Shown piece after piece: positions 19,275 to 27,639 of a stretch of DNA of 64,000 nt (position 1 is the first letter of the stretch; each line of letters starts with the position of its first letter). The stretch is from Candidatus Magasanikbacteria bacterium RIFCSPLOWO2_12_FULL_43_12 (lineage in GTDB: Bacteria > Patescibacteriota > Patescibacteriia > Magasanikbacterales > UBA922). The stretch lies in NCBI GenBank assembly GCA_001783065.1, contig MFQN01000019.1:309-64308 (forward strand), written 5' to 3'. The notes beneath the pieces were generated by a model, which made no database searches, had not been told where the DNA came from, and was given only the letters and a program-made list of their open reading frames with translations. Made by a program: the position numbers and the translations under genes.

Positions 19275-22200
19275 AAAACTGAATTATCTTTTAGTAATGC
19301 CGCGTCTAGTCCAAAATATTGGCGATGGCTATGTTTTTCCTCTTGGGGTGGCTTACGTTTCTTCAAGCATGAAAAAAGCGGGGTTTAATGTTTTCACATT
19401 AAATTTAAATCACAAAGAGGGCGATGTTTTTGAAATAATTAAAAAAACAATTGAAAAGAATAATATCCATGTTGTCGCGACCGGAGGCCTTTCGCCTCAA
19501 TATCATCTTGTTAAAAACGTTATTGAATCGGCAAAAAAAGTTAATAATAATATAATCACAATTGTGGGTGGCGGCATAATTACCGCCGATTGTGAAACCG
19601 CCATGAAGGCGCTGGAATTTGCAGATTATGGAGTCATCGGCGAAGGCGAAGAAACGATGTGTGAACTTTGCCGTATTTTAGAAAATAACGGAGACCTTTC
19701 AGTTTGCGACGGGCTTATTTATAAGGAAAGAGAGGGTTTTAAAGTTACAAATCCGCGCAAAGATATTGCTGATGTCAACGGTATTCCGTGGCCAGACTAC
19801 GAGGGTTTTGATACCGATAAATATCTTGAGGTTCCGCCGGCTGGATTTGCGGGATTAAATCAAAAACGAATGATCTGCATGCTGGGAAGCCGCTCCTGTC
19901 CTTTTCAATGCACTTTCTGCTGTCATACTCTCGGTAAAAAATATCGACGCCGATCTCTCGATGATTTTTTTGGCGAACTGGATTATTTAATTTCCCGCTA
20001 CAAAATTGATTATATTTCTTTAGCCGATGAGGTATTCGCCCCGGATTTTGAAAACGCGAAAAAATTCTGCGATCGAATAAAACAATACAATATTCATTGG
20101 TATGCCGATTTTAGAGTTGATTTGGTAAAGCCCGAACTCCTTCCTATTTTAAAGGAAAGCGGTCTTGATGTTATGTTTTTCGGTTTAGAAAGCGCGGACA
20201 ATAGGATTTTAAAAAGCATGCGCAAAGGCATTACCATTGAACAAACCGAAAGAGTTCTCAAGATGGTGTATGATGCCGGAATTGCCGGTTACGGTTGTTT
20301 TATATTCGGCGATATTGAAGAAACTTTTGAAACGGCTTTGAATACGCTTAACTGGTGGCGAGCGCACAAGGAATATGGCATCCATTTAACTCTTATTAAG
20401 CCGTTTCCCGGTTCATTTATTTACAGATACGCCTGCGAAAAAGGAATTATTAAAGATCCTATCCAATATCTCAAAGATGGCTGTCCCCAGGTGAATATTT
20501 CAAAGCTGAATAATGAGGAGTTCGCGGAAATTATGCGTCAGATTTCGGAGTCATCACACTTGTTGAGCAAGCCCGAATCTTTGGAATTGCTGGCCGTTGA
20601 TCCGGTGTTGGGGCGAGAGTCAGTGTCAGGGCGGTGCTCTAAGTGCAAGCAAAAGAATGTATGGGACGATATTAAATTATTCGCAAACGATTACATCACT
20701 TGCAGTCATTGCGGACAGAAATTTGATAATCCTAATCCGCCCCAATTAATTGAAAACCTTGATAAAAATCTCAGTTTGCTTTTAGCCAAACACGGCAAAG
20801 TAGCCGTATGGGGTATGACGCTGATAATAATGGAGTTATTCAGAAATTCAAAAATACTCAATAATCCGAATATTTTCGCGATAGACATTTCAGACAGCAA
20901 AAGAAAAATGAGTCTTGCCGGAAAAAAAATTTATGCTCCGGAAATTTTAGATAAAGAAAATATCCCTGTCGTGCTAATAGCGGTGCCGTCGCACGCCGGC
21001 CAGATTTCCTGTCAAATTAAAGAGAATCATATCAAAGTTACGGAAATAATCGATATCTGCAAGCTATGTGACTTCAATCCCATTATTCCTCAAAAATTAA
21101 ATTATCTTTTGGTAATGCCGAGGCTTGTCCAGAGAATCGGCGACGGCTATTCTTTCCCGCTCGGGATAACGTTTATTTCTTCCAGCATGAAGAAAGCCGG
21201 GTTGAATGTAAGAACGATCAATTTAAATCATTGCGAGGGAGACGTTTACGATATTTTAAAAAAAGAAATTGAAGAAAACAATATTGACGTAATCGGCGTC
21301 GGCGGTTTGTCATTTCAATATAACACGGTAAGGCTTGTTGTTGAATCCGCGAAAAAAATTAAAAAAGATATTATAACGATAGTCGGCGGAGGAATTATCA
21401 GCGGTGATCCGGAGCCGGCAATGAAAGCTTTGGAATACGCCGACTTCGGTGTAATTGGAGAGGGTGAGATGACAATGAACGAGCTTTGTTCTGCGTTGGA
21501 AGGCAAAAAAAACTTTACAGATATAGAGGGAATAATTTATAAAAATAGGGATTCTTATACCACAAATAATCCGCGTAAAGAAATGGCAAACATAGATACG
21601 CTTCCTTGGCCGGATTATGGCGGGTTTGAAATTCAAAAATATTTGGATTCTACCCCGCCGGGCATTAGTGGTTTGAACAGAAAAACGCTTTTTATGTTAG
21701 CGAGTCGTTCGTGTCCGTATAGTTGTACGTTTTGTTTTCATACGAATGGCAGAAGATATCGACAAAGATCACTTGATGATTTTTTTGCAGAACTTGAGTC
21801 CGTTGTCTCGCAGTATCAGATTGAATTTGTTTGTATGGCCGACGAGCTCTTCGCGCGCAACATAGAACGGGTTAAAGAATTTTGCGAGAAAATAAAAAAG
21901 TTTAATATTAAATGGTGGGCACAGTTCAGAGTTGATGATATTACTCTTGAGTTGCTTGCTGTCTTAAAGGCTGGCGGCTGCGAGGTTATGTCGTTCGGAT
22001 TGGAAAGCGCCGACAATCGCATTTTAAAAAGCATGAGAAAAGGCATCACCATAGAACAGATTGAGCGAACGCTAAGGATGGTTTATGAAGCGGGAATATC
22101 ATTTGAGGGTGCGTTCATATTCGGGGATATTGAGGAAACAGTGGAAACCGCCAATAATACTTTGAAATGGTGGCGGGAACACGCGGAATATAGAATTACC

Positions 22201-22926
22201 CTTAATTTGATTACGGTTTACCCGGGTTCTTATCTATATATGTACGGGAATGAAAAAGGAATCATAAAAGATAAAATTCAATTTTTAAAAGACGGATGCC
22301 CGCAGATAAATGTTTCAAAATTGTCGGATAAGGAATTATCCGAACTGGTAAGGCAATTGGTGGAGGCGCCGATAAGCATGACCAAACAGTTAATTTCGCC
22401 GGAACTTAAGACCGTGGATTTTCAAACCGGTAGAATCGCTCTTAGCGGGTCATGCGTAGTTTGCGATCACCGAAGCGAATGGAGCGACATTAGAATGTTT
22501 ACCATGAATTTTTTGCCGTGCAAAAAATGCGGACAGAAATATAATGTGCCGCTTTTTCCAGAGATTAGAAAAAATATTGATGACAATTTGCAAATGCTCT
22601 TGCGTAAATATGCCAAAGTAGCGGTGTGGGGCGTCAATTATCATTCATCCGACCTATTCAAAAATTCTTCCGTTCTGCACGATCCAAATATATATCCTGT
22701 TGATATTTCCCAGACGAAACGAAAGATGGATTTATACGAGAAAAAAATATTTGCTCCCGAAATTATAGATCGTGAAAATATCAAAGCTATTGTTGTCGCG
22801 GTGCCCGTTTACTACGCGCAGATCGCGTCTTTGGTGCAAACAAATCACAGGGGTGTCGTTGAAGTGATAGACATATGCGCTTTGACAAGCCGACAATACT
22901 CAAGTCAAGAAAGGATTGGTGTATGA
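19255..22926 (+). CDS. Tandemly duplicated cobalamin-dependent radical SAM protein (two B12-binding + radical SAM + Zn-ribbon + Rossmann-like modules)
   Basis: Two modules, each with PLG...SS.MK, VGGG, IGEGE.T, SRSCP..CTFC, FGLESADNRIL and FIFGDIEET motifs. Confidence 0.9.
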   Translation: MNDINTKKLNYLLVMPRLVQNIGDGYVFPLGVAYVSSSMKKAGFNVFTLNLNHKEGDVFEIIKKTIEKNNIHVVATGGLSPQYHLVKNVIESAKKVNNNIITIVGGGIITADCETAMKALEFADYGVIGEGEETMCELCRILENNGDLSVCDGLIYKEREGFKVTNPRKDIADVNGIPWPDYEGFDTDKYLEVPPAGFAGLNQKRMICMLGSRSCPFQCTFCCHTLGKKYRRRSLDDFFGELDYLISRYKIDYISLADEVFAPDFENAKKFCDRIKQYNIHWYADFRVDLVKPELLPILKESGLDVMFFGLESADNRILKSMRKGITIEQTERVLKMVYDAGIAGYGCFIFGDIEETFETALNTLNWWRAHKEYGIHLTLIKPFPGSFIYRYACEKGIIKDPIQYLKDGCPQVNISKLNNEEFAEIMRQISESSHLLSKPESLELLAVDPVLGRESVSGRCSKCKQKNVWDDIKLFANDYITCSHCGQKFDNPNPPQLIENLDKNLSLLLAKHGKVAVWGMTLIIMELFRNSKILNNPNIFAIDISDSKRKMSLAGKKIYAPEILDKENIPVVLIAVPSHAGQISCQIKENHIKVTEIIDICKLCDFNPIIPQKLNYLLVMPRLVQRIGDGYSFPLGITFISSSMKKAGLNVRTINLNHCEGDVYDILKKEIEENNIDVIGVGGLSFQYNTVRLVVESAKKIKKDIITIVGGGIISGDPEPAMKALEYADFGVIGEGEMTMNELCSALEGKKNFTDIEGIIYKNRDSYTTNNPRKEMANIDTLPWPDYGGFEIQKYLDSTPPGISGLNRKTLFMLASRSCPYSCTFCFHTNGRRYRQRSLDDFFAELESVVSQYQIEFVCMADELFARNIERVKEFCEKIKKFNIKWWAQFRVDDITLELLAVLKAGGCEVMSFGLESADNRILKSMRKGITIEQIERTLRMVYEAGISFEGAFIFGDIEETVETANNTLKWWREHAEYRITLNLITVYPGSYLYMYGNEKGIIKDKIQFLKDGCPQINVSKLSDKELSELVRQLVEAPISMTKQLISPELKTVDFQTGRIALSGSCVVCDHRSEWSDIRMFTMNFLPCKKCGQKYNVPLFPEIRKNIDDNLQMLLRKYAKVAVWGVNYHSSDLFKNSSVLHDPNIYPVDISQTKRKMDLYEKKIFAPEIIDRENIKAIVVAVPVYYAQIASLVQTNHRGVVEVIDICALTSRQYSSQERIGV
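19273..22890 (+). repeat. Intragenic tandem duplication with a period of about 606 codons (~1.82 kb)
   Basis: KKLNYLLVMPRLVQNIGDGYVFPLG begins at ~19273 and QKLNYLLVMPRLVQRIGDGYSFPLG at 21091; the similarity is collinear through to EIIDIC/EVIDIC. Confidence 0.9.
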
Positions 22927-22981
22927 TTTCAGATTCTAAGATGGCTATTGATTTTAAAATTTATTTAAGTTTAATTAACAT

Positions 22982-24130
22982 ATGACCAACACAGAAGAAT
23001 TAAAACCGATTGAAAGCGTAAAAAGGGACCAGCTCAAACGAGAAAAACCGTATGTTTATGAGAAGATCATGAAATATGATGGCAAGATTAAAAGAGGCGA
23101 AAGCATTGCCATCCTTCAATTTCAATATGACTATACCTGCAATTTTCTTTGCGAGCACTGTTGTATAACAAAATTAAGACGCAAATCGATTGGAGGGTGC
23201 GCGTTACCAACCAACACAACATCTACCGTTATAAAGCAAGGTGATAAGTCATTTACGCCAGACGATGTAAAGGAGCTTTGTAGGCAGGCGGACGAAATGG
23301 GGCTCGCACATTTTGTGATCACTGGAGGCGAGCCGTTAGTATTTACTGACTTTGATAAAATAGTTGAAGCGGTTGATCCGCAGAAATTTTACATTACTTC
23401 TGATACAAATGGTTGGTTTTTGGATGAAAAAAGAGCGAAGCATTTAAAAGACATAGGGGTTGATAAAGTTCAGATAAGCCTGGACAGTCTTTCCGCCGCG
23501 GAGCACGATAATTTTAGGAAACATGCCGGCGCGCATGAAAAAGTCCTTAGAGCCATTGACGCCGCCAAGAATGCCGGACTGAATGTTCTTGTCCAAACTG
23601 TTGTTACCAAGCAAAGAGTTAGATCGCAAGAATTTGAAGATTTTTTAAAATTTTTAAATAACGAAAAAGGCGTGCCGGTGTTTATAACCTACGCGAAGCC
23701 GGTGGGGGATTGGGAAGGAAATTTTGATGCCATGGTTAACCAAGAAGAGATGGATTATGTCAGAGAGTTGGAAAAGAAATATAATGTATTTACGCATTTA
23801 ACCCCGTCGTATGGGCTTGATCTCGGCTGTATCGCTGTTAAAAGAATGGTTTCCATTACAAAGTATGGAGATATAATGCCCTGCCCCTACATGCATGTTT
23901 CTCTCGGAAATTTTTTCAAGGAACCGTTAAAAGATATTTTTGAAAGAGGATTGAACACCAAGCAGTTCGGGCAGTATTATGAATCATGTTATATGGCTGA
24001 AGACAGGAAATTTATTGATAAGTATATCGCGGGAAGAGTATATGGCAAAAAGTTGCCGGTGCCTTACAACGAGGTGTTCACCGAAGAAGACTTTATTAAG
24101 CCAAGCGAGCGAAAACTTTATAAGGATTAA
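22982..24130 (+). CDS. Radical SAM protein with a SPASM/Twitch domain
   Basis: CNFLCEHC, TGGEPL, TNG and ISLDS motifs; C-terminal GC.A......ITKYGDIMPCP...SLGN auxiliary-cluster motif. Confidence 0.88.
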   Translation: MTNTEELKPIESVKRDQLKREKPYVYEKIMKYDGKIKRGESIAILQFQYDYTCNFLCEHCCITKLRRKSIGGCALPTNTTSTVIKQGDKSFTPDDVKELCRQADEMGLAHFVITGGEPLVFTDFDKIVEAVDPQKFYITSDTNGWFLDEKRAKHLKDIGVDKVQISLDSLSAAEHDNFRKHAGAHEKVLRAIDAAKNAGLNVLVQTVVTKQRVRSQEFEDFLKFLNNEKGVPVFITYAKPVGDWEGNFDAMVNQEEMDYVRELEKKYNVFTHLTPSYGLDLGCIAVKRMVSITKYGDIMPCPYMHVSLGNFFKEPLKDIFERGLNTKQFGQYYESCYMAEDRKFIDKYIAGRVYGKKLPVPYNEVFTEEDFIKPSERKLYKD

Positions 24131-24133
24131 TGT

Positions 24134-25183
24134 ATGAATGAATTAGCAACCGACCTGGATGAAATTTTAGAAAAAACCTCGGGCCTTTGGGAAGAATTGC
24201 GCGGGCAGAGAGTTTTTATTACGGGTGGAACCGGATTTTTTGGTTGCTGGCTGCTGGAAAGCTTCGCTTGGATTAACGAAAAACTTGCGCTTAATGCCTC
24301 GGCTGTCGTGTTGACAAGGGACTACGAGGCGTTTAAAATGAAAGCGCCGCATCTTGCGTCTAATCCGTCAATAAAATTTCACATTGGAGACATTAGAAAT
24401 TTTGAATTTCCGGATGGGGATTTTTCGCATGTTATCCACGCGGCCGCCACTTCGGCTATTGCTACCTATAATAATGAAAACCCACGGGTCAAATACGATA
24501 CGGTCGTGGAGGGAACGAGGCATGCTTTAAATTTTGCCGTTGAATGTCGCGCCAAAAAATTTCTTTATACGAGCTCGGGCGCCGTCTACGGAAAACCGCC
24601 CGCCGAGATGACGCATATCCCTGAAGATTATAATGGCGCTCCCGACTCCACCGCTGTCAAATCGGCTTGGGGCGAGAGTAAGCGAGCTGCGGAATTTTTA
24701 TGCGCCTATTATGCCAATAGATATGATTTAGAAATAAAGACGGCGCGCTGTTTTTCTTTTATTGGCCCGTATCTTCCTTTGGATATTCATTACGCAATTG
24801 GAAATTTTATTCGCGACGCGTCGCGCGGCGGTCCGGTGCGAGTCAATGGCGACGGCACGCCTCGCCGTTCATATCTTTATGCCTCTGATTTAATGATTTG
24901 GCTGTGGACAATATTTTTTAAGGGTGTTTCAGGCAGGCCATATAATGTCGGCTCCGAGGATGATGTAACTATTGCGGAATTAGCCCATATTGTGGTAAGC
25001 TGTTTGCAAAGTTATTCGGAGGTAAAAATCGCCAAATTACCGGCGCCAAACACGACGGAGGAGCGCTATGTGCCGTCAACCGGTCGCGCGCGGATGGAAT
25101 TGGGTCTTAGACAGACGGTCGGGCTTGAAGAGGCAATTAAACGAACGGCAGGATTATTTAAAAAAATTAATAAAACAGTATGA
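24134..25183 (+). CDS. NAD-dependent epimerase/dehydratase/reductase (extended SDR, atypical WxxxK active site)
   Basis: ITGGTGFFG, HAA, SSGAVYG, ARCFSFIGP and GDGTPRRSYLY motifs. Confidence 0.85.
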   Translation: MNELATDLDEILEKTSGLWEELRGQRVFITGGTGFFGCWLLESFAWINEKLALNASAVVLTRDYEAFKMKAPHLASNPSIKFHIGDIRNFEFPDGDFSHVIHAAATSAIATYNNENPRVKYDTVVEGTRHALNFAVECRAKKFLYTSSGAVYGKPPAEMTHIPEDYNGAPDSTAVKSAWGESKRAAEFLCAYYANRYDLEIKTARCFSFIGPYLPLDIHYAIGNFIRDASRGGPVRVNGDGTPRRSYLYASDLMIWLWTIFFKGVSGRPYNVGSEDDVTIAELAHIVVSCLQSYSEVKIAKLPAPNTTEERYVPSTGRARMELGLRQTVGLEEAIKRTAGLFKKINKTV

Positions 25184-26703
25184 CAGAAAAATTAGACCAA
25201 GCTAAACCGCTTTTTATTTTTGATTTAGCGAATAACCACATGGGCGATGTTGAGCATGGGCTGAAGATTATCCGCGAGGTGCATGCGGCCTGTCGGCATT
25301 TTGTTTCCCATGGCTGGAATTTCGCTTTTAAATTCCAATATCGTGATTTTGATTCTTTTATCCATCCTGATTATAAAGAAAGAATGGATTTAAGATACAT
25401 CAAACGTTTTTCCGAAACGCGATTAAGCGAGGAACAGTTTTTAGTTTTAAAAAATGAAGTTGATAAATTGGGTTTTATTTCAGTCTGCACGCCGTTTGAT
25501 GAAAAATCGGTTGATAAAGCAGTGAAACATGGTTTTGACATCATTAAAATCGCCAGCGCTTCGTTTACCGATTGGTCATTGTTAGAAAAAGTCGTTCAAA
25601 CCGATAAGCCGATAATCGCTTCCACCGGCGGGGTTAAATTGGAAGACATTGATAAGGTGGTAACTTTTTTGCGGCACCGCGGCAAAGAGTTTGTCATTAT
25701 GCACTGTGTTGGACAGTATCCAACCTCGAAAGACCAATTGCAATTGAATCAAATAGACTTATTAAAAAAAAGATATCCGGAGGTAATTATTGGTTTTTCT
25801 ACTCACGAGTCACCGGATAATTTAGACGCTGTTAAGTTAGCCATAGCTAAGGGAACATCAATTTTTGAAAAGCATGTGGGAATAACAACCGAAAAATACC
25901 CGCTAAACGCTTATTCGGCCACGCCGGAACAGACTAAAGGGTGGTTAGAAGCGGCTCAAATGGCTTATACAATTTGCGGCACAGTCAACAAGAGGCATGA
26001 GTTTGCCAAACAAGAGCTGGCTGATATTAGGCAATTTCAAAGAGGTGTTTTCGCGTCAGTTGACATAAAAGCAGGTGAGAGAGTGGAAATAAAAGATACT
26101 TTTTTTGCTTTCCCCAATCAAGAAGGACAAGTTTTGGCGAATGAGATGTCCAAATACACCTTCTATACCGCCCGGAAAGATTACAAGATGAATGAACCGA
26201 TTATGTCTAGTAGCGTGAGTAGAACGGAAGTCCGCGGAAAAGTTTATTTGGCAGTGGAAAGAATCAACAAGTTTTTACGCCAGGCTAATATCCCCATATC
26301 TAATAAGTGGGATTTTGAGCTCTCGCATCATTACGGTCTGGATAAATTTTATGAATACGGGGCCAGTCTGGTGACCTGTTTAAATCGAGAATATTGCAAA
26401 AAGCTGATAGTAGTTTTACCCGGCCAAAAACATCCGAGCCACTCGCACAAATTAAAAGAAGAAACTTTTCATGTCTTATGGGGCGATGTGGTATTTATTG
26501 TCAGCGGTGAAAGGAAAGAGTGCGGGCCGAGCGATATCGTAACCATAGAAAGGGAGTCCAATCATAGTTTTGAATCAACCAACGGATGCGTGTTGGAAGA
26601 AATTTCCACCACTCATTATAAAGACGATACTTTTTACGAAGACGCGAGCATCGCGCAAAATCAAAATCGGAAAACCCAACTGACTTACTGGGTGATTCAA
26701 TGA
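25180..26703 (+). CDS. NeuB-family (N-acetylneuraminate synthase-like) enzyme fused to a C-terminal cupin
   Basis: ANNHMGD, KFQ, TPFD, KIAS, STGG, MHCV..YP and FEKH NeuB motifs, an SAF-like segment, then NREYCKKL....PGQKHPSHSH..KEETF...H.F cupin motifs. Confidence 0.88.
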   Translation: MTEKLDQAKPLFIFDLANNHMGDVEHGLKIIREVHAACRHFVSHGWNFAFKFQYRDFDSFIHPDYKERMDLRYIKRFSETRLSEEQFLVLKNEVDKLGFISVCTPFDEKSVDKAVKHGFDIIKIASASFTDWSLLEKVVQTDKPIIASTGGVKLEDIDKVVTFLRHRGKEFVIMHCVGQYPTSKDQLQLNQIDLLKKRYPEVIIGFSTHESPDNLDAVKLAIAKGTSIFEKHVGITTEKYPLNAYSATPEQTKGWLEAAQMAYTICGTVNKRHEFAKQELADIRQFQRGVFASVDIKAGERVEIKDTFFAFPNQEGQVLANEMSKYTFYTARKDYKMNEPIMSSSVSRTEVRGKVYLAVERINKFLRQANIPISNKWDFELSHHYGLDKFYEYGASLVTCLNREYCKKLIVVLPGQKHPSHSHKLKEETFHVLWGDVVFIVSGERKECGPSDIVTIERESNHSFESTNGCVLEEISTTHYKDDTFYEDASIAQNQNRKTQLTYWVIQ

Positions 26704-26710
26704 TTTATTT

Positions 26711-27634
26711 GTGGAAATGAAAACACACCGTAATTTAGGGCAAATTAAACTTGAAGAAGCCAGACCGCGGCTTCAGTTGTTTGGTTTAGATTATGACGGG
26801 ACAGTCGCTGATGCTGCTCATAAGCAGCCGCAAGTTTTTGCTTTGGTGGAAAAGATTTTCGCTAAAAATAAATCAGTGGCGTTTATTACGGCCAGAGCGG
26901 CTACCGCGATAAAAGTTTTAGTGCCGCCCTTGCAAGAATTGCTCGTTCGCGAGAATGTAACCGTTCCCAGTTTTGTCGCCGGCGGCAACGGAACTACTCT
27001 GTATGAAGTGAAAAAGAATGAACTGATTGAAATTTATAATCATGGTTTAGAATTATCAAAAATCCAGCAAGCAGTGGAGATAGGAAGGAAAGTCTATGAA
27101 AAATTGGGAATCAATAACGCGAATTTAGCGGAGAAGGGATTAGAAACATTTAGAAGATTTTTACGGGAACCGTGGGAAGGATTTATCCCTGCGGAAATGA
27201 TTGATGTTTGCCGGCCATATAATGGCGAACTTTTTACCGAACAGGCCAAGGTTACTTTTGTTTTGCCTAAAGAAAAAGATTTGCATCAGAGAGTTATAGC
27301 TGAACTCAATCAGGCGTTAGGCGCGGAGTATTGCGCCGTAGCCGGTGATGACACCTTTGTCCACATAACTAAAAGACTTGAGGAAGACAGCAAGAGCGTG
27401 GCAATCAAGACTGTTTTAAATATATTGGGTTTGGATTCAGCCCAAGTGGTAACTTTCGGCGATATGCCTGCGGGGAATGATGCCGGTTTGTTAAGTTTCC
27501 CGTACAGTTTTACCAATTCAGATGATTATTTTAATCTCAAGAAAGACCCCGAACAACCGCCGTATGTCTTGCCAGATTTAGAGTTGTCGCCGGTTGATCG
27601 CGTTTATAAAGCGATAGAGTATCTAATTAGTTAA
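26711..27634 (+). CDS. HAD-superfamily (IIB/Cof/PMM-like) phosphatase
   Basis: DYDGT motif I, ITAR motif II, K motif III and FGDMPAGND motif IV; alternative ATG at 26717. Confidence 0.8.
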   Translation: MEMKTHRNLGQIKLEEARPRLQLFGLDYDGTVADAAHKQPQVFALVEKIFAKNKSVAFITARAATAIKVLVPPLQELLVRENVTVPSFVAGGNGTTLYEVKKNELIEIYNHGLELSKIQQAVEIGRKVYEKLGINNANLAEKGLETFRRFLREPWEGFIPAEMIDVCRPYNGELFTEQAKVTFVLPKEKDLHQRVIAELNQALGAEYCAVAGDDTFVHITKRLEEDSKSVAIKTVLNILGLDSAQVVTFGDMPAGNDAGLLSFPYSFTNSDDYFNLKKDPEQPPYVLPDLELSPVDRVYKAIEYLIS

Positions 27635-27639
27635 TTCCT

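Noticed and set aside
19255-22926. Assembly artefact or mobile-element duplication
   Set aside because: The two copies differ extensively at the DNA level while conserving protein motifs, and no terminal repeats or transposase are present.
18045-24130. RiPP cluster with radical SAM/SPASM maturases
   Set aside because: No precursor peptide ORF, RRE domain or peptidase is evident, and the neighbours are all nucleotide-sugar enzymes.
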